Origin: Felis catus | Lineage: Eukaryota | Assembly: GCF_018350175.1 (NCBI RefSeq) | Contig: NC_058368.1 | Coordinates: 114,516,001 to 114,580,000, forward strand | DNA length: 64,000 bases | Direction: 5' to 3' | Shown here: piece after piece, positions 24,235 to 40,195 of the stretch | How the letters are laid out: each line of letters opens with the position of its first letter | Position numbering within the stretch: the first letter of the stretch is position 1 | Translations under genes and position numbers: made by a program | Notes under the pieces: model-generated | What the model saw: only the letters and a program-made list of their open reading frames with translations | The model's database searches: none | What the model was told of the DNA's origin: nothing

Positions 24235-24399
24235 TTTGCAGACTTGGTGGCTCCTGCCTACTCCCTTCCCTGGCTCTGTGAGGAAGATCCCCACCACTGG
24301 TGCTACTTTGTAGCTGATCAGTTACATATCTGTCCTAGACTTGAGTGGGGCACAAAATATTTAGAGAAAACAGACGTCTTTCAAGGGACTTGCTGCTAA
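24235..24399 (+). CDS. SLBP2: SLBP2-like terminal coding exon (FADLVAPAYSLPWLCEEDPHHW...GTCC*)
   Basis: Long polypyrimidine tract plus cAG, phase 0, stop TAA at 24397-99, ATTAAA about 60 nt downstream. Confidence 0.75.
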   Translation, partial: FADLVAPAYSLPWLCEEDPHHWCYFVADQLHICPRLEWGTKYLEKTDVFQGTCC

Positions 24400-24461
24400 G
24401 TTGTAATAGTGTAATAGTTGTAATAGTGAAGATTATTTGCATTACTGCTACTTCCCAATCG

Positions 24462-24467
24462 ATTAAA
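24462..24467 (+). terminator. Candidate polyadenylation signal ATTAAA of the SLBP2-like gene
   Basis: Variant hexamer after the stop codon, with a T-rich stretch near 24525-24560. Confidence 0.55.
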
Positions 24468-24949
24468 AAAGAAATCTAAAACTGCTGTACAAAAAGATGG
24501 CAACACGAAGGCATTGTTTAAAGCCTCTTTTTCTTTTTGCCTTTCTTTCTAAACCTTTTTTGATAGCTGAGCCTCGAATTTACATGAAAGTCAGGAACCA
24601 TTTAGCTGTTCCTCACCCTCTTCCCTACTAACGTCTACATGCAGTCTTTTCGAAAAAAGACTTAAACTTTGGCTGAGGTGGGAGATGGTGGTAGTGGTGG
24701 AGATTTAATAAAGGGTGGTATCCTGTTCCTAAAGAGGAAATATACGGACATGAACATCTTTTCTCCAGCTGCCTGTTTCCTCCCTCCCTGTCTTAAGTGG
24801 TCCAGCTGTAGCCACCATACTCCTCCTTCCCTCCCCCCCCAACCCACCCCCGCAAGCAACTGAACCGCCTATGATGTCATAATCACAACCCCATTACCTC
24901 ATCCTGCTCGGGGGTGGGGGTGCGTAGAGGAAGGAAGAGTAGTGGACAG

Positions 24950-26050
24950 CCCTGGGCCCTCCGCAGCTTCACAAAGTGTTTTGGGTGAGGGCTAATTACA
25001 AAACCAATTTGGAACGGCCGCGCAACCGTTGCAAGTCCTGGGTTTATAAGGTTCGAGGCGATCCGGCAGCTTGAAGAGGGGCTCCTGGGACTCGGAGCAG
25101 GCCCTAATCGACTCTTGGACTACATTTCCCAGAAGCCTTCACGCCGCGGACGGGTCCTCTGCTGGCGGAAGGGGGATTCCTTCTCCGAAGCAGCCCTAGA
25201 GGGCCGGACAGGAGAGCAGGTAAGAGGAACTTCAGCTAATTCTATTACGCGACTCAAATCGAGTAGAGGGCTGTACTTAGGCCAGTGTTGGAATGGAGGG
25301 TGAGGGGGATGGCTTTGTTTACCTTCGTCCAACACGGCCTCCCCCGCGGGTTTCGAGATGTGCCGCCAACTGGGTCCGTCCACCTTCTGCAGTATTTTGG
25401 AGGGGGTGACTCGATAGTGAGGAAACCACCTTCATCCCTAAATCAAAGAACCTGTCTCATTCCCGACAGTACTTTCCAAAATAGACTTTAGGAGAGAAAC
25501 GGCGCAAGGCTCGAGCCTCCGCGGGCGGTTCAGGAGGATTCCGCGAACCAGAGCGATCTCCCTACTCTCCTTAGGAGCCCTTTGGTTCGCGCCGGCGCCT
25601 TTTAAGGGCACCGTGGGGCGAACGGAGCGCTCAGAGCTGCTCCGGCCGCGGCCCTGGGAGCTGGAGGAGCCGCGGTAGGTGGCGAGGGCAGGTGGCGCTG
25701 GGGCCTCGGGGCGGGCACCTCGGCCGTCCCTCCCTCCTTCCCTCTTTCCCTTCCCCCTGCCCGGCCGCGAGCGCCGCACGGCCTCTCTGGACGCCTCCGC
25801 GGGGAGAGCACGGGACCCGGTGGGGGAGGGGTTGGCGGAGTGCTAAGTCCCAGACCCTCTTCATCCCCAGCGTCCTGAGTTCGCTTCCCGCGGCCAGGTG
25901 ATGGAAGCTGATATGGGAGGAGGCGAACGACAACCCCCCTGAGCGAGCCCTTGTGCCCCCCTAGGGGCCAGCGGACGCCCCATGCCCCACCCCGCAGGGA
26001 CAGGCAGAGCAACCGAGGGAGAGGTTGAAGACTGGAGGGGGGGCCTAGCC
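24950..26050. promoter_or_regulatory. CpG island / FAM53C promoter with candidate non-coding first exons
   Basis: High GC and CpG density. Donors CAG|GTAAGA after 25219, GCG|GTAGGT after 25674 and CAG|GTGATG after 25897. Confidence 0.75.
25119..25137 (+). promoter_or_regulatory. ZNF143/THAP11 motif ACTACATTTCCCAGAAGCC in the FAM53C promoter
   Basis: Matches the ACTACAnnTCCCA consensus inside a CpG-rich promoter. Confidence 0.8.
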
Positions 26051-28344
26051 TTTTGCTTCTTCATCGGGGTGGGGGGAGGGGTGCTCCCCACTTGTCACCC
26101 CTATCCCCGCCAGAGCCATATGGAAGAAGGAACAGTCAGATCCTCACTTACATGTTCATGCACCTTCCTGCCTTCCTCATGTTTTTCTCCAGTCTCCCCC
26201 AGAGATGTGGGCCTGGGACCTGGGGGTGGGGTGGGGGGGGAAGGTCCCCAGGGGATTTGTGACTCTCTTACCCCTTGGCCTGACTAGATCCTAGGTTCTT
26301 CAGTTTTCATCACAACCTCAGCATCCCTGAAACCCGAATGTCAGGGGTTACTGCCATCCAATAAGAGATGGGATGGGGGTCCAGTCTTTATGTTAGGGGG
26401 CTGATGGTGGAAGGAAAGCCTGGATTGAGAGTTGGGCCTGGTGGGGTCGTGGGGAGGGCCTAGCGGCCTGCTGCTCTGTGAAGGGCTGAGCCCTGTGCCA
26501 GTTGTTAAGCTGAGAAGTTTTAACTTGTTTAGTGAAGGTTCAGGGCTGTCTTTGCCCCTCAGATAAACAAAATGGAAGGGGAAGGAAGGCGGCAAGAGAG
26601 GGTTTCTTACACTTTTTTCTATGCCTGCCTGAGAAAGAGGAGGCCCCTCGCGGAGCTGGTTTGCCTTCTTTTGTGTCCTGGTTTGATTCCTTATGGCTTC
26701 CGTTCTGTTCCCCCTCTCAGGCTGGCCTGTTTTAGGAAACTCAGGCTGAGAGTATCAGTTGCGTGGTGGTAGTTGCATTGTTCCAATTACCGCCGTGTGT
26801 GGCCACATCCCAACAATTAAAATGCAGAAAAACACAAAATCACTCTCTTCACTTGATCCCAGAGAGGGCTGGGAGTTTGCTGTTTGGCCAAATGCCTCAT
26901 GAAAAGCTTGAAAGAGTTTGCTTCACTCCCTGCTCTTCATGGCTGGTCAGTCTGAGGCCTGTGATCTGTGGGGTAAAAGCCTTCAGTTAGGTTCCCTCTC
27001 TAGTTGATCTTTTGGGGGCAGAGTTAAGAAACCAAGAGCAGAAAAGAAGCTTTAGCTTTTCCTCCAAGAACATAGAAGCTGCTGAAAGGAGCTCTCGGGA
27101 AGCTGGAACTTCGTTCAGGGTGGTGATAATTATGCGTGAAAATGATAGTTATCTGTAATGATGATTGACTTCTCCCAGACCTTTCTTCCAAAAAAACTCC
27201 ACATACATCCACATGTATTTCTTTGCTTTTCCTTACCTACCTCTCTCTGAGGTGGGGATGGGGGTCAAGATGATTCCCTCTTTTTTTTTGCAAAAGTAGA
27301 AAGTGATCTGCCTCCAAGGTCACAGAAGAGCTGTTTTGGGCTTCCCTAGGTGTGCTGATGAGGAAGGGTGGTGTCCAGCCAAATAGATAAACCCAATTGC
27401 CTTCTTCAGCTTAATATCATCACTTGTGGCATTCTTAGCCTGTGTAGAGCAGCAAACAGGAGGGTTTGAGAAACAGCAGTCTTTGTGGAGTCCTGATTTG
27501 TACAGGCTAGATCGTATGCTTTTTACATTTTGGTATTTCATGTTATATGGTACCTGTGACAGGTTAAGACATATTTATTGTGCCCATTTTATATACAGGT
27601 TAACTAAGGCCAAGAAAAGTCAAGTGACTTCCCAGAACTGTCACAGCAAATTGGAGCAAGATTTAGATTTCTTGAATGTTTGTTTTATCTACTAGAGAAT
27701 GCTATATACACCCTCTGATGAGCTGTCTGCCTGCTGGTCATTTCTGGGAATAGGCAGAACCATATGGAAATACTAGGTTAACCTCCTCTCCTCCATTGAG
27801 CAAGGCCCCTCAGGCAATTGTGTAGGCTGGAAGCCTGTTCTTTGATAGAATTAGTTTGCTTCTACTGAAATTGACCATGAGAAGGAGTCTCAGTTAATTG
27901 TATCCATGGTCTTTGAGTCAGATCAGGCTAAAAACTTAGTTGAATGAAGTCATACAGTTGTTAACATCTATAGAGTTGAAATGTAATCGGAATAATCCTG
28001 GTTCCATTTCTCTGTCTTCTTAGCTTTGTAAGAGAATGTATACAGTATCTGTTAGAAAACAATATAACACAGTATACATTCAGGCTAAGGGAGAACATGA
28101 AACCTTGTTCACTCTGATTGGTCTAAAGGAAAAAGTCATTCCTACAACCAGTGCTCCACCCTGTTCCCTATTACTATTTGTGTGGTTTAGGAAAAATGTA
28201 TCTCTCTGTTTCTGATTAGAGGATAAAAGAAAATATTGGGGTAATCAGGATGGAAGTAACCATTTGGGTGTTGTCTCTCACTTGAGCTGTTTTTTAAGTG
28301 GTACCGGTAGTCTGGGTAGACAGAGCAGAGCATGAACCAGGTTA

Positions 28345-28538
28345 GGAGTGGCAAATAGGTTTCAACTTCCTTGCTAACTCTAGTTCATTTTACTGATTAA
28401 CTGGAGTGCCACGTTCAGAATGTTTCTGAGGCTGTGTTTAGGCTTAGCAGGAAAGAGCTGTGATCAATTAATGATGTCTGCCAGAGGCCTGGCATAGGGA
28501 TGCTGTGGTATGTGTGCCATGCATTTTCCACCTTTGGG
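28345..28538. mobile_element. Ancient hAT element (MER112-like) just upstream of FAM53C exon 2
   Basis: gtggcaaataggtttca ... gatgtctgcca ... tgccatgcattttccacc with degenerate terminal inverted repeats. Confidence 0.5.
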
Positions 28539-28668
28539 CCAGGTACATCTCTAATATCACTTGGGGCTGGTCCCTCTGTAATTGGCAGACTCAGCAGGCA
28601 TGACTGGAGAGGGGAGTCCCAATGGTGCTAGAATGGTGCTGCAGTGGCAGAAGACGGCTCACGAGTGA

Positions 28669-28911
<243 letters not shown>

Positions 28912-29212
28912 TGAGTCATGGTACTTGTACTGGAAGAGCCTACTAAAGGCTCAAAACCCAGCCCAAAAGGAAGGGGGCAGGTATTTTTCCACTGATAGAG
29001 AAGGGACACCAAAACTTGGGTGGAGAAGGGTATGAGATGTTGGAAGATGTGGATTATTTTACTCACTAACTTTGGGAAGACAACAAGAAGAGAACATTTA
29101 GGAGTCCCTAACATCTCTATAGCCCATGAATTACAGGGGTAAGCTGAAAAGGGCTTCCTGGAAATCTGTGTCCTGAGCCTGAATCATGATGGATATCCTC
29201 TCTCTCTCTTAG

Positions 29213-29270
29213 CCTCTGCCTGATCATGCAGACATCTCCAACTGTGGGAACCCTTTCCAACTTGTGTCTG
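29213..29270 (+). CDS. FAM53C: FAM53C coding exon (PLPDHADISNCGNPFQLVS)
   Basis: ctcttAG|...|GTAAGG, 58 nt. Confidence 0.95.
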
Positions 29271-30524
29271 GTAAGGCTTTGTATGTGTGTCTGTGTGTAT
29301 CTTCACCTTTCTTTCATTGGTTTCCAGTGACCAGGGCTAGCTAGTCTGTCTCCACAATTTTCTTGCCAGGGTCACCTGCTGAGATTCACGCTTATCTCCA
29401 TTTTCCTGCACCTGCATGGAGCTTATTTGTTTAGTTTGCTCTTATTCTAGCCTTGACAGGACTTTTATAATCTGATTTTTTTTTAAAATAGGTAATACAT
29501 TCATGTGGTTCAAAAAATTTAAAGGGGCACTTGGATGGCTCAGTCAGTTAAGTGTTCCACTCTTGATTTCAGCTCAGGTCATGATCTCAGGGTCGTGCCC
29601 CTCATTGGAGCTCACTTAAGATCCTTTCTCTCCTACTCCCTCTGCCCTTCTCCCACACACTAAAAAAAAATTTTTTTTAAATCTTTATTTATTTTTGAGA
29701 GAGACAGAGTGTGAGCTGGGGAGGAACAGAGAGAGAGGGAGACACAGAATCCGAAGCAGGCTCCAGGCTCTGAGCTGTCAGCACAAAGCCCAACGCGGGG
29801 CTCGAACTCATGAACCACGAGGTCATGACCTGAACCAAAGTCGGACACTCAACCAACTGAGCCATCCGGGCACCCCTCAAAAAAAAATTTTGTGAATAAC
29901 AAATATATTGAAAAAAGTCTCCCTTCTCCATCTAGCTCCCGCCATCTCCCCAAAAGCAGCTCGTGTTATTACTTTGTCCAACTAGAGTTTCTTTATACAA
30001 ATAGAAGCAAATATAAATGTGTACTTTTTATTCCTTCAAAAGGTTGCATACTATATATATTATTTGGCACTTTTTATTTTTTTAGTTAACTACACTCTAG
30101 CTAGATCTTTTGGTATCAGTGTGTTAATTGGAGCATTTCTTTGTGGGTGGCTAGACAACAAAGGAACATGAATAGTCTTAGGGTTTCCCAAGCCTGGGTT
30201 CCATCATCAAAGGCCTTCCCCACTCTGTTTGCCCTCTCTAGGAATAAAAATGATCTCTTACCTGCTCGATTACCTCTTAATCCTTGGCAGCCCTAACTCT
30301 TGTCTGGGTGCTGGTGACATGTAGGAAGGAGAAAGATTAAAGAAGAGCATGGGCCTGCTTTTTACAACCTGGGGCTGGTAGGTATGGAAGCAGAGTAAGG
30401 CTAGGTGGAGTGAAGTATGAGCAGGGCACACATGCTTTTTTTTCTCTTGACTGTTTGTGCCTTTGAGAGGGAGTGATACGCGGTATTTGAGACTATTTTT
30501 AATTTCAGGTGGTTCCTCATAATG

Positions 30525-31636
<1,112 letters not shown>

Positions 31637-32479
31637 TGAAGTGTCCCCTAGTTCCATGCACTCCTGACAGGTTCTTTTCTGTCTGAGCTTCTGCTAGTAT
31701 GATTCACCATCCTAGTTGTCTGGGACTGTACCTACTTTAGGACTCAGTGTCCCATGTCGTGTGTAACTCCTTGGGCCTGGAGGTTCTAGAGAAGTTGAGG
31801 GGAGACCCATGGTAAATCTTCCAGTAGGGATTCCTGATTGTTCTGCTAAAGGTGCTTTCCCTCCTCTTCTGAGGATGCATAAGCCTCAAAAGTCACATCA
31901 TCAGTGCCCTACCCTTTCTTGACCTCTAGACTGATTTTGCCACTCTCCGTCAGTGCTTCCGCTGGGTGTGTGAGGGCTTCAGCAAAATGGGTTGCTGCCT
32001 TATTCATCTGTTCAGCAAATGGATTTTGACTTCCCAGTGTGAGTGCAGCTGTTATATGCACTTGTCCACTTTTTTCATACTCTTCCTACTAGTCCATTGG
32101 GTCACAAACCCCTTTGAGAATTTACTTATTCAGTGTCATTCCTCCAACCAGTCAGCAAATGTTACTGAATACCTGCTATGTACTGGGCTGTGACTAGGCA
32201 CTTGCAATATTGATGTGAGACACCCAGATAAGATTCCTGCCCACATGAAGCTTGTAAGTGAGCTCTTAATCTTGAACCCAACAGAAACTATGGGCTCTTT
32301 GCTCAAAGAACTGTGCCTGCATACTAAATTTTCTAAATGTTACCAGGGAGTTCACCCACGTCATGCCTAGGACTCATACCTGTAGGGGTAACCAAGAGGG
32401 ATACTTTGAAATATAGCTTGGACCAGGGTTCTGTGGGAGTTGATATCTTTCTGCATTCTTAACTTTGTTGTTTGTTTGA

Positions 32480-32740
<261 letters not shown>

Positions 32741-35496
32741 AACTGAGAGGCTACTTCCTGGGGCCACACAGACTGATTCTCTATGGCTACTAACAAGTGT
32801 CAAGGCCCCAAGGCCAGGGGCCCAGCCTGGGAATGGGGGTGAGTGGAGGGCTCCGACTCAGGGCAGCCGGAAATCTTCTCGCTCCAGGAAGCTCGACCAT
32901 GCCAAGAGACTGGCCGGGACAAGATAAACGGAGCTGGTGGCGGGAGGGACAGCCCCAGAGCAGACCCTTCCCATGGCGGCCCTGAGTGTGAGTATCCCTG
33001 CCACCGAAAAAGCAATGGGCAGGGAAGGAAGGGGTCTGCTGACCCCAGCTCGGGGAATTTCACTAGCCCCTTTGCTTCAAAGGGCACTTGTGTCTTAGAA
33101 TTTGGCCAGGGTGGGGGGTTCATTCAGCCTCCTTGGAGAAATTGTGTGAGAGTGTGCGCGTGCGTGGGAGTGTACTTGGGGAAAGGTGTGTTTGCGTAGC
33201 CTTAGGGAAGGAAGGCAGTTGCTCCATAACAGCAGAGCATCATGATACCCCCAGGATCTTGAGTTTGCACGGGATAGCAGGCTTATTCAAGGAGTCAAGA
33301 GGAGGGCACCAAGTTTTTCTTTTTCCTAAGTGGCTTGGTTTCAGAGCTGATAATCCATAAGCACTGTTGGCTCTGCAAAGGACTCTCTTTTGGGGGATGG
33401 CAGGGTCTTTTAAGTGCTGTGACCTTGGCTAATGGTCTTTGTCTTAGACCCGTCCCCTTCCCTAGATAGGTCTAATATTAGGGCTGGAGAGGGCTCTCTA
33501 TGTTGATTCTGAGCTGGCCTTTTTTTCTTATCAGATTGCCTAGGCTATGTACAACCTGCCTCTTTCTCTAAGTAGATGTAAGCACCTGTGGACAACTGAG
33601 GCATGGTTGGATGGCTCCATTTTTCTCTTTCCCTCTCTACTGATGGGATTTTTTCCCCTCACATTCTGAGCTTCAAGGGTCAAGAACAAGGAGGAAAGGC
33701 CCTGTGTTGGCCCTCATCATCTAAGGCCAACCTGCAGCAGAAGTGGCATTCAGTCCCCAGTAAGCATGGGTAAGCTCATTCCAGCACTATCTTTTGGAAA
33801 CAGACTATAGGGAAACCTGTTGTCATTAGATCCAGGTCTAACCTCTTTTCAGACCTGCTTGACAAAGAGGAAGGGGATGTCAGCATTTACTAGTTTGCTT
33901 GTCTTCCATTCCTGCCTAGAAATGTTTATTTGCCTCTAATTGGACCTGAGAGACCTCAGGGAGGTTGGGGCTCACTAAGGGGTTGGCTGAGGTTGTGTAA
34001 AGCAAAGGCTGTGAGAAGCAGCTGGGAATTGTTGTTGTTGGATTGAATTTCCTTTTTTTGTTTCTCGCCCATAACTTAAACCAGGGCAGCAGGTCCCAGT
34101 GGCTGCAGGGATGGGTTTAACGACTGTAGGACCCTTGGTAGGGCTGGCACCAGTGAAGATATACTAAAGCAGCCGCCAAATAGCTTGTTAGGCTTTGTCC
34201 GGCTTTGGTTAGACCCTGCACGACTGAATTGGACCTGCCCTTCTTGTTTATTGGAGGAAGGGCATTCTCTTGGATTTCCAGGGTGTCTTAGGACCCAGTT
34301 CCTCATGGTAAGGGGAGAAGACCAAAGTCCACATGTTTTCTTCCTCATGGGATTGAACCTGTCATTTTCTTGGTTTCCCACATGTCACATAGGAACATCA
34401 CTGACGCTGCAGCCCTCTCACCTCCACTCCAGGGGAGGTGGCCATTTCTTCTTGAGGCTCTGGCCCTCAAAGGTTCTACCCTTCCAGGGCTCTTCCCCTT
34501 CTCCTGCTAGTTACCATGTATTACCAGTGAGCTACTAAGTCTGTAGGGGCCTGAGAAAGGCTCTCTGGAGAATCCAGGGAAACTGTGAGCCCAGTAGTTG
34601 CCCATCCTTGGTTTCATCCCTCCCTTGGCTCTTCTTCTTTAGGCCATAATTTCCCTGGTGCCAGCTTCTTTTCCTCCTGGGGCATCCTTATGCCTGGGCT
34701 CTCTGCTGCATATTGGCTGTGCCAGCTTCCAATAGGCCACTAGCAAGACCAGTGGTGTCTCTGTAAGCCCCAAGCTCAAGAAGTGAGGGCAGTAATTCTG
34801 CCTCTACCCTGGCTTCTCCAAAGCCCCAGGGTGCCATCCTTAGGGGAGAAGGTCTACAGATAATCATATTTGAATTCTATTACATTAAGATCTGGAAAGT
34901 TAAATTAGTTGAAACTGTCATCTTGCTTCCCAATCTGAGCACCCATGACCCTGGGACAAGCCTTTTCAAGAAGTGGTTCATTTTGCTTTACACAGTAGAT
35001 CTGTTCCAAAAGTTCTGTATAAGCCAAATGCTATTTTGCAATGCATTTGGACTGCCGACCATTAAAAAGCAGCCTGTGTGATTGCTTCTTTTGTAAAGCA
35101 AGCAACCTCCCTCTACTTTAGCTGTTTTGACTATTTGGATTTTCACATATTGGGCTTACCCAGAGTGGAGCACACCTATACAGGGCTGTGGTTGACGCTG
35201 GGTAGACATCTGCATCTGTGTTGTGTGTGTGGTGTGGCTGACCAGTAGGTGAGTATTCCTGCGTGTGTGAGTGAAGCCACTCCCAGGCTGGTGCTCTCCT
35301 CCTGTGCCCGGTGACTGCCCAGTGGCAGCTCCAGCTGCCCTTCACTCCCACCTGCTGCCAAAGTCCCTGTGCTAATGGGATTACAAATACAAAAAGTGGA
35401 AAAAAAAATTTTCGTAAACTTTGTTTTATATTAAAAAAATCCATAAGTCTGTGTGTGTTAAACATGAGGTCCTGCCTCTGTGGCTGTGTTTGAAAA

Positions 35497-35502
35497 AATA
35501 AA
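35497..35502 (+). terminator. FAM53C polyadenylation signal AATAAA (3'UTR about 2.8 kb)
   Basis: Canonical hexamer at the end of a repeat-free 3'UTR-like stretch. Confidence 0.75.
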
Positions 35503-38358
35503 GTTTTATTAGAATAATTCATTTTCCCAAGCAATCTTGTGTACTACAGTGTCTTCTTCCCTTCTCCACAAAGAAAAGCAAGGAGGAAGCAGGGAGAAGG
35601 CCACCTAACTCTAACAGTCCCTTGCTCTAAGACATGGCTGGGCCTTCGCCCCTCGAGGGCAGTATCTGGTCCTAGGCCTTTTGCAGCCACAGCATTAATA
35701 TCCTGTGGCCCAGCTTGTGAGAAGGCCTTGGTTATTTTTGGCAGTCTGATTGGTCTTTGTTTCCCTGATAGTGGTAACTATCTCCTCTACCCTGTGGTCA
35801 GTCTTCCAATAAGTTGAAGTCAAGTACTAATACATTCTAGCTCCCTGAGAAATGTTTGATAGTCCAGTCAGGAACTTGTCTAGACTGATTTGTAGTCTTT
35901 AGGAAGTGGGAAGAAAGCAGTTTGAGAGACTTGACCAGGAATCTTTTTCTTTTTTAAGAGTTTTTACATCTTATGCCCTGGAGAGATGGAGATTTTAGTC
36001 TTGAGAATTCAGATTCCAAAGACCTAGGCAATTACTCCATTCTAAAAATAATGCTTTTGGAAAATTATCCTAACAGCAGAGCTTCTCTTTTGCCCCAGAA
36101 GTTGGTATTTTCCATAATGATTTAGTTTGGGATGTTCATGTGCTCAGGGAAGGTGTGTGGCTCACTCTCTTTAGACATTTCTATTCCACCCTTTTCCCTG
36201 TGTTAGCATTCTTGCAGTTTGGGTAAAATGTAATTGCTTAGAGATCCAGGCAGGAGCCTCTGTCCCTAAGGAGTAGCCTTTCTTTACCAGTTGTGGTGCT
36301 GACTTGCCAGGCAGCAAGAAGAGTCAAGTTGCTTAGCCTCCGTCCCAGTTTCCTGCTTCAGATTTGTGGCACTCATCATTGAATACCAATGAAGTGTGCA
36401 AGAGGACAGGATTGGCTTGATAACCTGGAGCAGGAACCTTTGAGGGGATGAAAATACACTCCATAAATAGTGAGGGTTGTCACCTGCCCCAGAAACCAAG
36501 AAAAGGCTTTGAGGAGGGTGGGGCTTTGGCATGTGGTTAAAGAAGTCTCAGTATTATAAGTTTTTTCCTTACTTAACACTGCTGCTGTTTCATTTCACCT
36601 ACCGTTTGAGCATCTCAAATGACTTTTTTTTCCTTTCTGTTCATTTGTTGTTGTTGTTGTTGTTGTTGTTAGATTTTTCTACTGTTTATTTTCTGTGAAG
36701 CGAAGTGTGATTTCATTTTCTGTTCCTGAAGTCCTGCTAGTATAAGGAAGAACTCCATGAGAACACAAGGGTTCTGTTCAGTGTTGTGTCCCTGGCATGT
36801 TGAAAAGTTAATAGCACATGAAAAGTGCCTACTATGTTTGTTGAATGAATTTCTCATCTTTGCCTTCCCATCCCTGAGCTTAGGCATATTTCTGTCTCCG
36901 GTGCTGTGAGAGTCCAGCTTTAGACACTGGGGCTGTAATTAGAGCTCCTTATGGCAGAAAGTCTCAACAGTGAATTTTGGTAGGAATCCTGCAAAGCAGG
37001 TAGGTCTTAGGGATTCACCCTGGTTCTATTACCAACTACAATTTGTGGGCCATGTGCTTTAAGAGGTGTCTTTTGGCCCAGGAAAGCATTCTGATTCAGG
37101 ACTCAGGTTGGCTTATGGGAGGTGGAGGTTCTAAGGAATAGGAAGAGAAAAAGTCCAAGGAAATGTTTCCTTGGCATTCCGCAAGGTTAGTTCTAGAATG
37201 ACTTCCTCTAGTGGTTTTGTACTTTTAGAAAAGTCAGTAGTTGCTCCCTGATCCCCAGTGCAGACCCCAACCTTTGCAAGGAAAGTATGTCTAGGGTAAA
37301 GAAAAGATATAGTCAGGAGATAACTGGGTAAGCACTTAAGTCTTGGAGAAAGAACCAGCTACTGTTCTTTCTGTAGTGCAGATCATTGAAAGAAATGGCC
37401 ACTTTGAGGGTAACAATCCATGATTTCTGGTTTGTATCTACTTCCATATATACTCAGTCTGCATCTATAAAGCTATAGAACCTGTGCTAGTCTCTGATAT
37501 TACCAATGTTAATGGATTTTTTAAATGTTTATTTTTGAGTGTGTATATTTGAGAGTGTGTGCAAGCGGGGGAGGGACAGAGAAAGAGAGGAAGACACAGA
37601 ATCCGAAACAGGCTCCAGGCTTCAAGCTGCCAGTCAGAGCCTGACACAGGGCTCAAACTCACGAGCCGTGAGATCATGACCTGAGCCAAAGTCGAATGCT
37701 TAACAGGCTGAGCCACCCAGGTACCCCACCAATGTTAATGTTTTAATGATTGAGGTTTCCCAGTGCCTGGTGTGAATGACTATCTAGGCAAAAAATTCGG
37801 TATCTCTCCTTCTCTACAATCCCTTTTCTAACAGCAACTATCAATCTCCCACACCTGTATTAAATGAATTGAGATAGGAGTGGTTGGGTTTTTTTTTTTT
37901 TTTTGGCCCCCAACGCCTCTACTTCCATGGTAAGATGAGGTGCTGTTGAGCCAAAGAGAATCTCTATATTGCTGATCTCTTTCCAATTCCCCTAAAAGTT
38001 GAATTGAGAAACACCTGTATTGAATAACATTGGCAGACTTGAAAAGGGAAGAAGTTCCATCGGTTTAAGTAAATATACCAAGATGTTGGAAACACATTGG
38101 CCTTCACCCAGTGGAAAGAGTGGTATTACAACATCCAGTGGATGTAGCACATTGGTCAATGGAAAGGAACCTATGAAGTACTAGTAGTATAGAATAGGAT
38201 GGTACCATGTTATGGGCCAGTGAGAAGACAATGTGTCCCAGGGACCAGTGGGGAGAGTTTTCTAAAAGATAATGACAGGACTGATAGGGCATATTTTCAG
38301 GATAGGAAATGAATAGTTATTGCGGTGCTAACTGCTGAGCTCAAAACGCTACCTCTAG

Positions 38359-39620
<1,262 letters not shown>

Positions 39621-40160
39621 ACTCTTCAGGCTCCCTTTCTCTTTGAGCTTCTGGGTGACAGGAGCTGCGGTTGTGGCTGTTTTTGATAAGTTTGAGATCT
39701 GTCTTAGGAGCGGAATGGGGCTGCTAGGTGGTGCTTTTTTGCTCCCAGCTCGGCTACTCCCTCAACCCTGGGAGAGGTTTTGTTTTGAAACTTTGTGTTG
39801 GAGCTTGGGCGTTTTTGAATACTTGGCCTTGGTGTACTTCGTGATTGAAGTTATTCAGTAAAATAGAACTTAACTAGCATTTGGGACCTTGTGTTATTTT
39901 TGTTAATGTGGCGGCACAATATTGTCTTTGAGCTTTGGCAAGCCTCTCTAGTTCCTCATTCTGATAGCAGCCCTAGCTTCTCTGTTAAGACTATGAAAAT
40001 AGGGAGATTCTTTTGGAATGTAATAGACAGAAGGTAAATTTTCGTGATGAACTTGCTTCTGCAGATATTTGCTGTAAGTGGGAATGATTTCCTGAGATTT
40101 GATGTTAATATTGTAGGCTTCTGATACTCATTTTTCTACCTATTGATTAGTGGTGTTAGG

Positions 40161-40195
<35 letters not shown>

